The notes below the pieces were generated by a model. The model was given only the letters and a program-made list of their open reading frames with translations. It had not been told where the DNA came from and ran no database searches. Positions 8,574 to 15,630 of a DNA stretch of 64,000 bases are shown in pieces. This DNA comes from a virus (lineage: Duplodnaviria; Caudoviricetes): positions 14,975-78,974 of IMG/VR virus record IMGVR_UViG_3300032328_000934; one strand, 5' to 3'. Positions within the stretch are counted from its first letter, which is position 1. Each line of letters begins with the position of its first letter. The position numbers were made by a program, and so were the translations under genes.

Positions 8574-9022
8574 ATTTCATACAGCGTATCTGACTTCACA
8601 ATGCGGGTGATTTCGCCCCGCTTCTTGTTTATATTTCTTATTTGTCGTAGTGAGAGACTCCACTCCATTGTGTCGTCCCATGTCCAAGAGCCGTCCCCCT
8701 CTTGGAGGAGGAGAGCCCTGATGTCTAAAGGTTCAAGCTTCAAAACCGAGGCAGCCATAAGTCGAGACCGACGGGACCACGCAACGAATTGCTCCTGCCG
8801 TGGTGTCAGGTAGCACCACGATAGGTGATAGATCGGCCACTCCGGATTGTCCTTAACAACCCAACAAATGCGAGTTACCTTGTCGTCACCGGTGATGACT
8901 TCCTGCCGGACACGGTCTTTTCGCCAAGAGTTATTCTCGGCGATCGCCTTGATGACTTTCCCCAGCTGTTGTGGGGTGGTGGTAACGAGCTCTCGGGTGG
9001 TTGTGTAGTATGCAATCTTCAC
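8549..9022 (-). CDS. hypothetical protein
   Basis: 157 aa, AAGGAG SD, GTG start. Confidence 0.7.
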   Translation of the reverse strand: MKIAYYTTTRELVTTTPQQLGKVIKAIAENNSWRKDRVRQEVITGDDKVTRICWVVKDNPEWPIYHLSWCYLTPRQEQFVAWSRRSRLMAASVLKLEPLDIRALLLQEGDGSWTWDDTMEWSLSLRQIRNINKKRGEITRIVKSDTLYEMWKKGRIL

Positions 9023-9033
9023 GATACTCTCCT

Positions 9034-9225
9034 TTATGCTTGCCGAATTTCGGCCAACACGACTACGTTAGCCTTCTCGAACTTTTCCTTGACCTCCTGC
9101 CGACGGGGGTGTGGGGGTAACACCACATACCATACCCCGTTGCCCTTACGGGCCTGCACCTTTGCTCCGGTGCCAAGGTACACCGACGTTGCGAATAACG
9201 ATGCTTTGACAATTTCCTCTGTCAT
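9034..9225 (-). CDS. hypothetical protein
   Basis: 63 aa, AGGAGG SD. Confidence 0.65.
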   Translation of the reverse strand: MTEEIVKASLFATSVYLGTGAKVQARKGNGVWYVVLPPHPRRQEVKEKFEKANVVVLAEIRQA

Positions 9226-9302
9226 TACAACCTCCTAAATAAAAGAAAAGAAAACCATAATACCCATCTATTTATATACCGCGGATGGGTACGCGGGTGA
9301 AC

Positions 9303-9608
9303 CTATTTGACCAACTTATCGAAGTTGGCCAAGGCTATTTGCGAAGCTGACCGAGCCACCGCACGGCGGGCTGTGGCCTTGCCATCGGCGAACCCCGATT
9401 GATAGCCGTCATGCAGACCACGCAAACGAGTAGCGTTTACTATCTCGTCTACTTTCGAGGCCAATGGACGGGCGGTCAACTCCCGCCGGAGCTCAATTCG
9501 CTCCTTGAGGAGCTTGTCGACGACCTCGACTGCGTTGCGGTTTGAGAACCACCACGCGCCAAGGGTGAGGACGTTAGCGAGGATGAGAGCGATTAGTACG
9601 TACTCCAT
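9303..9608 (-). CDS. membrane-anchored hypothetical protein
   Basis: N-terminal TM helix, GxxxG-type repeat; GGAG SD before ATG 9608. Confidence 0.7.
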   Translation of the reverse strand: MEYVLIALILANVLTLGAWWFSNRNAVEVVDKLLKERIELRRELTARPLASKVDEIVNATRLRGLHDGYQSGFADGKATARRAVARSASQIALANFDKLVK

Positions 9609-9684
9609 GATGTTCTCCAATATACTAAACGAATAATACCAAAATCCCCCACACAAATACATGTGTGAGGGATGGACTAATGAC

Positions 9685-10083
9685 CTACAGACAATAATCG
9701 AAATGTTTGACTATCGTTTGTAGTCCTGCGGGAGACGCAGGTACGACGAAGCTGGGTGCCCCGTCCCAACGTCCTAGTGGGAAGTCCCACACCCAGCACT
9801 GACCGTTGGTTAACTCAAAGCCGACTGCCCGACCCGAGTATCCGGCGTGTTTCTCGATGAACTTAATTAGTCCATCGTTGTCGCCGAGTAACTCTTCGAG
9901 CGTAAAACCCTCGGTGGCCACCCGATTTGCGGTGCAGTCGTTGCACTCGCACTCTGGGTCGAACTCACAGCGTTTGGGTGTAGCGGACTGCTTTGCCGTG
10001 TGTTCGAGGAAGGTTGCCCAGCCGACCTTGCACTCCTCACACAGGCATTGGGCCATACCAACTTCTTCGTAAGTGCATTCCAT
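9685..10083 (-). CDS. Cys-rich hypothetical protein (two CxCxxC motifs)
   Basis: CLCEEC and CECNDC; AAGGAG SD before ATG 10083. Confidence 0.7.
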   Translation of the reverse strand: MECTYEEVGMAQCLCEECKVGWATFLEHTAKQSATPKRCEFDPECECNDCTANRVATEGFTLEELLGDNDGLIKFIEKHAGYSGRAVGFELTNGQCWVWDFPLGRWDGAPSFVVPASPAGLQTIVKHFDYCL

Positions 10084-10104
10084 GTTAGTCTCCTTAATTA
10101 AACG

Positions 10105-10145
10105 AATAATACCATAATACCCCAAACAAACACATGTGGGGAAAC
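10105..10145 (-). promoter_or_regulatory. conserved leader motif P (putative phage-type promoter or operator)
   Basis: Minus strand TTCCCCACATGT..TGTTTGGGGTATTAT; further copies at 9632-9672, 10881-10920, 11440-11474, 12085-12122 and 12813-12848, each 20-40 bp upstream of an SD. Confidence 0.7.
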
Positions 10146-10167
10146 TTGATTTCTCCGAACCTCACGG

Positions 10168-10252
10168 TATTCGAAATCTCCGAGCCTCTGGGATGAACCG
10201 TTAGCCAAGCCTGACATTATTCGAAACCTCCGAGCCTCCGGGATGAATCGTT
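10168..10252. repeat. 35-bp direct repeat x2, 50-bp period
   Basis: tattcgaaa(t/c)ctccgagcctc(t/c)gggatgaa(c/t)cgtt at 10168-10202 and 10218-10252. Confidence 0.85.
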
Positions 10253-10270
10253 CTACACATGGTGAGCAGA

Positions 10271-10391
10271 CATTAATCGTGCAAGGGAGGGGGCTTAATG
10301 CAGGGCCATCAACCAACCGCAGTTGGTTGGTGCCCTGCTGACAACACCATTCAGTAATTCGCGCACGAATTACTGAATGACCCGAGCGTGG
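10271..10391. repeat. twin-hairpin element H, copy 1
   Basis: About 120 bp, near-identical to 11496-11617; hairpins at 10300-10338 and 10348-10379, both with CGCA loops. Confidence 0.9.
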
Positions 10392-10416
10392 AACACCACG
10401 GCGAAGCCGGGGTTGT

Positions 10417-10452
10417 GCGATGTCTGTTCGCCGCTAGGCGATCAGACAGAGC
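10417..10452. repeat. hairpin element K, copy 1 (identical 36-bp copy at 12233-12268)
   Basis: gcgatgtctgttcgccgctaggcgatcagacagagc; stem GTCTG.TCGCC/GGCGA.CAGAC. Confidence 0.85.
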
Positions 10453-10453
10453 A

Positions 10454-10526
10454 GGGACCAGGGCAGGGGCTTTGGGCAGGGACCAGGGCAGGGGCTTTGG
10501 GCAGGGGCTTTGGGCAGGGACCAGGG
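10454..10526 (+). repeat. G-quadruplex-consensus tandem repeat (12 G3-4 tracts)
   Basis: Units of gggcaggggctttgggcagggacca; shorter copies at 11629-11656 and 12202-12229. Confidence 0.85.
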
Positions 10527-10586
10527 TTGGCGATGGCCGTGCGCTCGCAAGCGCGCAGCCATCGCGGGGAAGCTAATCGCAAGCAT

Positions 10587-10625
10587 AAAAAAAGGAGACA
10601 CACAACCCGAGGGTTGTGTGTCTCC
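10587..10625 (-). terminator. intrinsic terminator T, copy 1
   Basis: 15-bp inverted repeat followed by T7 on the minus strand, directly after the cassette stop. Confidence 0.85.
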
Positions 10626-10632
10626 GGTCGCA

Positions 10633-10854
10633 CTACAGGTAGTGCGCGAAGTGGCGAGCGAGGCTCTCCACCGATTCGGCGGTGTTTGGCCCGGACCAGA
10701 CCGGCGAGTCGTCGACGCCCGGGACCGCGTCCCAGACGACGACGGTCCCGCCCCACGCGGTGTCCCAAGTCACCTCACGCCCCACACGGGACGCGTTGAG
10801 AGCGATGACGACCAAGAGGACGGTGATTGAGTGGCGAGTTGCTGAGTTGTTCAC
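10633..10854 (-). CDS. cassette gene 1, hypothetical protein
   Basis: GGAG SD before GTG 10854; bracketed by motif P and terminator T. Confidence 0.6.
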   Translation of the reverse strand: MNNSATRHSITVLLVVIALNASRVGREVTWDTAWGGTVVVWDAVPGVDDSPVWSGPNTAESVESLARHFAHYL

Positions 10855-10983
10855 TGTAGTCTCCAAACACTAATGCAGAATTGCATAATACCCCAAACAA
10901 ATACATGTGGGGAAATGCAAGTAACGAGTGAGTTAACATTAATCGGATAACCCAGGGTGCGTGGAGGAGCTAATCACAAGGAT

Positions 10984-11022
10984 AAAAAAAGGAGATACAC
11001 AACCCTCGGGTTGTGTATCTCC
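10984..11022 (-). terminator. intrinsic terminator T, copy 2
   Basis: ggagatacacaaccc-tc-gggttgtgtatctcc plus A7 on the plus strand. Confidence 0.9.
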
Positions 11023-11028
11023 GTGTGG

Positions 11029-11406
11029 TTAACGACCCTGAAGCCAAGGGTCGTTGGCTTCAGACTCGGGGTCGAAGTCCCCGTTGGATTCGGCCTCGGG
11101 GTCGAACCGCTCGATGCCGGTCGGGCCGTCCCCGTTCCATCCCGGGACCCCACCCTCCGGGTCGTGTTGCCAGTACTCCACTGGCACCGCCGGTTTCTCT
11201 TCCCATGGCGCGCGGGGGAAGGGTGTCGGCGGGTACGGCCGTGGGGCTGGCTCGTCATCCTCGTCGTCGAGGATGGACCGGTCCGGTGCGGGTGGGGTGT
11301 GGATGGTGAGGCGCGCCTCACCGTAGACCATTTCGACGACCACGCGTGTGGCGCCGAGTACGGTGACCGTGGAGTCGGACGGGACGGTAATTGTGAATTT
11401 AGGCAT
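11029..11406 (-). CDS. cassette gene 2, small beta-rich N-terminus with acidic/Pro-rich disordered tail
   Basis: 125 aa, AAAGGA SD, bracketed by P and T. Confidence 0.7.
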   Translation of the reverse strand: MPKFTITVPSDSTVTVLGATRVVVEMVYGEARLTIHTPPAPDRSILDDEDDEPAPRPYPPTPFPRAPWEEKPAVPVEYWQHDPEGGVPGWNGDGPTGIERFDPEAESNGDFDPESEANDPWLQGR

Positions 11407-11495
11407 CGGTGTTTCCTTTCTGGGAAACTATGCAAGAATTTGCAAAATACTCCAAACATATACATGTGGGGAATAGTGTATACGGAGTGAGTTAA

Positions 11496-11617
11496 CATTA
11501 ATCGTGCAAGGGGAGGGGCTTAATGCAGGGCCATCAACTAACCGCAGTTAGTTGGTGCCCTGCTGACAACACCATTCACTAATTCGCGCACGAATTAGTG
11601 AATGACCCGAGCGTGGA
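11496..11617. repeat. twin-hairpin element H, copy 2
   Basis: Hairpins at 11525-11563 and 11573-11604, each with one compensatory base-pair swap relative to copy 1. Confidence 0.9.
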
Positions 11618-11682
11618 TGTATGGACCAGGGCAGGGGCTTTGGGCAGGGACCAGGGTGCGTGGAGGAGCTAATTGCAAGCAT

Positions 11683-11721
11683 AAAAAAAGGAGATACACA
11701 ACCCTCGGGTTGTGTATCTCC
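11683..11721 (-). terminator. intrinsic terminator T, copy 3
   Basis: Same hairpin plus A tract. Confidence 0.9.
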
Positions 11722-11727
11722 GGTCGG

Positions 11728-12054
11728 TTAATTGGCCAACATGACTTCGTAGTCAGCGGCCGTATATACCTGCAAGGTGAACTCTGCCTCGAACCGACGG
11801 CGTCCCTTGCCAATCCACCGAGTCCCTAAGCTCATCCACGTCCAGCCCCACAGCCGGTATTGGGAAGACTCCACGGTGTGGTACCACCCAGCCACAACAC
11901 GGTCCGAGATGGCTTTCGCGGACTGCGGACATGCTAAGAGCATGGCCGAAACGGGGTCGGTGGCGACGCGACGCCAGACGACCTCGCGTAGGACCTGATT
12001 CGGATGGACACGGCTGAGAGATGCTCGCACTGAGCCGACGATGACGTATTCCAC
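11728..12054 (-). CDS. cassette gene 3, hypothetical protein
   Basis: 108 aa, AGGAGG SD, GTG start, bracketed by P and T. Confidence 0.7.
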   Translation of the reverse strand: MEYVIVGSVRASLSRVHPNQVLREVVWRRVATDPVSAMLLACPQSAKAISDRVVAGWYHTVESSQYRLWGWTWMSLGTRWIGKGRRRFEAEFTLQVYTAADYEVMLAN

Positions 12055-12288
12055 AGGAACCTCCTAACTAAAGAAAAGAATTCAAAATCTCTCAAACACC
12101 TACATGTGGGGAAATGCAAGTAACGAGTGAGCAGACATTAATCGGATAACCCAGGGTTGGGGGCTTCATCGAGGCCTTGGCCGAGATGCGCGAGTGACCT
12201 AGGGCAGGGGCTTTGGGCAGGGACCAGGGTTGGCGATGTCTGTTCGCCGCTAGGCGATCAGACAGAGCGGGGAGCTAATTGTAAGCAT

Positions 12289-12327
12289 AAAAAAAGGAGA
12301 TACACAACCCTCGGGTTGTGTATCTCC
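12289..12327 (-). terminator. intrinsic terminator T, copy 4
   Basis: Same hairpin plus A7. Confidence 0.9.
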
Positions 12328-12334
12328 GTGTGTG

Positions 12335-12778
12335 CTACCAACGGCAGGCATTTTCCTGCTTCGTTGCGTAATTGGCGTCTGACTCGGCTGAGTCGATGGC
12401 GGCTTGCATGTGCCAAGCCGTCCATGCCTTAGTGCCGAAATTCATCGCTTCAAGAGCGTGTTGCTCTGCGCGATGGGCACGGTAGGCGTCACTCCAACCG
12501 TTACGGGTTCCGCGACGGTGAGCTGCGGCCAAGGCTGATTTGGCTTTGTTGCTCAAGCGGATTGCCCAGACGAATTCGACGAGCATTTCACAGGCGGTGA
12601 GGACCAAACCCACGACTGCGCCGATGGCAAGGCCGTACTCGGAGGCGGCGTACGAGTAGAGATACCACACCGCACCGCCGAACAAGGTCGCGCACACCAG
12701 TGCAAGGACGAATGACCGAAACACCAACGCGCGAACGATTACGAACAACATGTTGCCGAGATTGAGAATGAGTGACAT
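12335..12778 (-). CDS. cassette gene 4, membrane protein (2-3 TM helices)
   Basis: AAAGGA SD before ATG 12778; hydrophobic N-terminal half. Confidence 0.7.
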   Translation of the reverse strand: MSLILNLGNMLFVIVRALVFRSFVLALVCATLFGGAVWYLYSYAASEYGLAIGAVVGLVLTACEMLVEFVWAIRLSNKAKSALAAAHRRGTRNGWSDAYRAHRAEQHALEAMNFGTKAWTAWHMQAAIDSAESDANYATKQENACRW

Positions 12779-13053
12779 GGTTGTTTCCTTTCTAAGAAAA
12801 CTATTGCAAAAATTGCATAATACCTCAAACATATACATGTGGGGAAAGCGCAAATGACGGATAAGGTAGCATTGATCGTGTGAGATACAGCATGACGAGT
12901 GAGAAGACACTGATCGTAACTGACGCGCACATGAAGGATAGCTCGCGTACATGGGGGGTAGACACAAAGGCCACCACTCAGACTTCGCCCCACTCCCCTG
13001 TCATACTCAAATTTTTAAAAAACACTACGACCTGTTTTGCGTTCCTGCCGCTG

Positions 13054-13083
13054 AACAAAAAAAAACACCCCCTTTCGGGGGTG
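13054..13083 (-). terminator. intrinsic terminator
   Basis: Minus strand CACCCCC-GAAA-GGGGGTG followed by T9. Confidence 0.9.
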
Positions 13084-13106
13084 AACAGGACGAACCGGCC
13101 AATTCC

Positions 13107-13156
13107 TAGCGTACTGCCATTAGCGTACTGCTATTAGCGTACTGCTATTAGCGTAC
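13107..13156. repeat. 14-bp tandem repeat x3.5
   Basis: tagcgtactgc(c/t)at. Confidence 0.85.
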
Positions 13157-13333
13157 GGCCAACGTGTCGGCAAACTTCATTGCTGCGAGATCTCCGTCTT
13201 CGATTGAATCAAAAAACTCAACCCAATGTGAATCCCCGTCGCGACTTTCCACAGAGAACACGTATTTATCGTTGCGTGTGCTCCATTGGTAGACGATGTA
13301 TACTTTGCCGTACTTGCGTCGTTTCGGTTTCAT
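13148..13333 (-). CDS. hypothetical protein
   Basis: 61 aa, AGGAAG SD. Confidence 0.6.
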   Translation of the reverse strand: MKPKRRKYGKVYIVYQWSTRNDKYVFSVESRDGDSHWVEFFDSIEDGDLAAMKFADTLAVR

Positions 13334-13342
13334 GGCCGCTTC

Positions 13343-13699
13343 CTAATAAATGACTAATCCCCGAACAGCCTTGATGTTACCATCGGCATCACGGATCGCG
13401 GTAGGGCCAGTATCGAGTGCATACACGTCTTCACGTTCTTTGCCTTCGGGGCTGTTGGCCACAATCATGCTCGTAATGTATATTACACCGTCTTCAGGAT
13501 CTGGCAGATTCTCTATCTCGGTGAACAGCGGTACGTGTACCGGAATCTCTATGTTGTTCTCCGTCCATACACTCGCAACTCGGTAGGATTTCTGGCCAAC
13601 ACGAGCGGCAGGTAAGGTCGGTTCAATAATAATGTCGGCCTCATCGACGCGAATGGTGATCGCGTGAGGGGTTAGGTTAATCAGTTTCGTCATATTCAC
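13343..13699 (-). CDS. conserved phage protein, NLTPH family
   Basis: INLTPH.I ... LP.P..G..YITS..VA ... RD..G.I motif pattern; function unknown. Confidence 0.7.
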   Translation of the reverse strand: MNMTKLINLTPHAITIRVDEADIIIEPTLPAARVGQKSYRVASVWTENNIEIPVHVPLFTEIENLPDPEDGVIYITSMIVANSPEGKEREDVYALDTGPTAIRDADGNIKAVRGLVIY

Positions 13700-13881
13700 T
13701 GTGTGTGTCCTTTAACAGTAGTGTGTTCTGCAACTTTGTAATGCATCAAGCGGGTAAGGTACTCTAGCTGATCGAGCAACATGTCCATACGTGCTGCGGC
13801 AGCATTACTTACATCTGGGCTTTGCACTTCGTCATCAATCTTTTGACGAAGTGCAGCAAACTCCTGCTCAAGTGCGGCCAT
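13696..13881 (-). CDS. small helical hypothetical protein
   Basis: 61 aa, AAGG SD. Confidence 0.6.
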   Translation of the reverse strand: MAALEQEFAALRQKIDDEVQSPDVSNAAAARMDMLLDQLEYLTRLMHYKVAEHTTVKGHTQ

Positions 13882-13892
13882 AAGACGCCCTT

Positions 13893-15344
13893 CTACTGCG
13901 TTAGTGCAGTTAGTGCAGCGGATGGATCGTAGCGATCATCCATAATTGTGGACAACATGACAGACTCTGCGGTGATGCTGTCAAGATTGCCTGACAGCAC
14001 ACTCTTCAGGATTGCCGGGGAAAAGCCACTGACCATCGCAGTATTGCGGTCGTGTTGCGTGACGCTCTTATCAAGGTCACGTACCTCGGCTTGGTTGAGG
14101 TTCCAGAATATGACTGTTGGGGCAGTGTATCCTTCGGCCTCATACTTGCGACGAATCATTTCGATTGCGCGATCGTCGTGTTTCACACAGGCATTAAACT
14201 GCATGTCCGACAGGATCAGCAACACTTGTGGCATTTCCTCTTGCGATACCTTGCCTTCCTTGGCCACGCGTAAAATCTCTTCAAGTGCGGCGTTCAAATC
14301 GGTACTTGTTTCCCAATGTGCACGAGACAGTTGATTAAATTTCTCCACAATGTTTCCCTTAAGAACTTGCAGTCGCGGTTTTGACGAAAAAGTCAAAAAC
14401 GTGTCCTTAAACGGGCCAAGGTTTTTGTCAGCGACGTACATACCCAACGAAAGAGCGACGCTCAACGCGGTCAGGCCACTCTTTGAAAGCGACACTGAAC
14501 CCATTGATCCTGAGACGTCAACGAGGGCGAGTACTCGTGCGTCCCCGACATAGTTGGGAAGCGAATTCCACTGCTGTGCAATGAAGCTCGTCTCAACCTG
14601 CCCCAAGCGATGGAAGTTTTGGCTAAGCAAAGAGACAATCACATCGTGAGGAAAGATTGCCCCAGCGTTTACTTTAACCCCTTCCTTATTGCTCTGCAAA
14701 TCGCTCACATATTGGGTGTACGCCTGCTCTGCATTGCGATAAAACGCTTTGCGGTAGCGAGCTGCGGCGACTGACGGGACGTGTGAGAAGTTAATGGAAT
14801 CCCAATCCTTCGCACACATCTTCGTCTCAACCACGTTGGTGAGCGAGACCAACATGGTACGGTATTGCTTCCAGCTCATTAACAAGTAGCAACGCAACTT
14901 GTCTGCAACAGGCCCTTTGCGGGGCATCCACTTCGCGCATAACGGATTCTTCTGCTCGAGTCCTTCGGCGATTAGGCTGAATGCGAACCGTTGGCAGCGT
15001 TCAGTCTCGAACACGAGGAGATCATCCCAGCGACCAAGTTCGGAAACGCGAGTGGCCAAACCCATTGCAAGCAACGGGCGTGAGACCTCGAGTAACCGCA
15101 AAATCTTGCGGAAAAACTCACGCTCTCCAGCTCCCTTACGCACATCACGGCCCCACAACGCAATGCGAAGTGCGTACATTGGGTTTTCAACCAATGCGGC
15201 GGTGAACGGGGCAGTAATGTCGGCGTCACGGTACTCGCTTACACTTGAAAAAAGATCAAGGCAGCGACTACCACTTGAAACAAGGCTCTTCATGCCATTC
15301 TCAGTCCGGGTTGTCTGGGCCATCACGGCCTGTGCAAAGGTCAT
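13893..15344 (-). CDS. Ro60/TROVE-like RNA-binding protein with C-terminal VWA domain (DUF2828-type)
   Basis: RDVRKGAGER, GRWDDL, AKWMPRKG, VPSVAAARYRKAF; MIDAS DVSGSMGS, T and ILSDMQF; AAGGAG SD. Confidence 0.85.
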   Translation of the reverse strand: MTFAQAVMAQTTRTENGMKSLVSSGSRCLDLFSSVSEYRDADITAPFTAALVENPMYALRIALWGRDVRKGAGEREFFRKILRLLEVSRPLLAMGLATRVSELGRWDDLLVFETERCQRFAFSLIAEGLEQKNPLCAKWMPRKGPVADKLRCYLLMSWKQYRTMLVSLTNVVETKMCAKDWDSINFSHVPSVAAARYRKAFYRNAEQAYTQYVSDLQSNKEGVKVNAGAIFPHDVIVSLLSQNFHRLGQVETSFIAQQWNSLPNYVGDARVLALVDVSGSMGSVSLSKSGLTALSVALSLGMYVADKNLGPFKDTFLTFSSKPRLQVLKGNIVEKFNQLSRAHWETSTDLNAALEEILRVAKEGKVSQEEMPQVLLILSDMQFNACVKHDDRAIEMIRRKYEAEGYTAPTVIFWNLNQAEVRDLDKSVTQHDRNTAMVSGFSPAILKSVLSGNLDSITAESVMLSTIMDDRYDPSAALTALTQ

Positions 15345-15357
15345 TGCGTACTCCTTC

Positions 15358-15624
15358 AGGTTAACGATCTGTCATGCTGTTTGTAACCTAGTAGTCAGGA
15401 TGAGTTCGAGTTATCACGCTCGAAGTTTGTTATTGAAGTAATGTTTGGTGTGCAGTACTCATCCAATCGCCCTCTCGGGTGTGTATTAACTTTTCGGGCT
15501 ACCTAAGAAGTCTGTAGTTTGCAATACTATTCTTAAGTTTTGCTGCGGGTAGCCCATTTGTAAGAATCGGATGCGGTTGGTGCTTCAAACCCATATTGTT
15601 GCTTTTGTCTTGCGGTACGCATCC
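15358..15624 (-). ncRNA. array of four closed stem-loop RNAs in the leader of the Ro-like gene (Y-RNA-like candidates)
   Basis: Stems GGATGCG/CGCATCC, GGGCTACC/GGTAGCCC, GGATGAGT/ACTCATCC and AGGTTA/TAACCT, each followed 3' of the 5' arm by RCNGCA; starts right after a sigma70 promoter. Confidence 0.6.
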
Positions 15625-15630
15625 ATCTGT

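Noticed and set aside
112-9238. Plus-strand ORFs across the early region
   Set aside because: All are antisense to a contiguous, SD-supported minus-strand gene series and lack SDs or recognisable motifs
10168-10252. CRISPR mini-array
   Set aside because: Only two 35-bp repeats with a 15-bp gap, too short for a spacer, and no cas genes in the window
10377-10830. ORFs 10377-10799, 10442-10768 and 10510-10830, and similar ones at 10957-11498, 11602-11829 and 12157-12432
   Set aside because: They translate the repeat parts (GQGLWAGTR, KKRRYTTLGLC), lack an SD and overlap terminators; chance frames in GC-rich repeats
10300-11604. Integron attC sites or a hammerhead ribozyme
   Set aside because: No GTTRRRY/RYYYAAC core pairs or extrahelical-base pattern, no integrase in the window, and no CUGAUGA/GAAA core on either strand
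15358-15624. tRNA genes
   Set aside because: No cloverleaf or canonical TTCRA T-loop; I saw no tRNA anywhere in the window by eye, and a tRNAscan-SE/ARAGORN run would settle it
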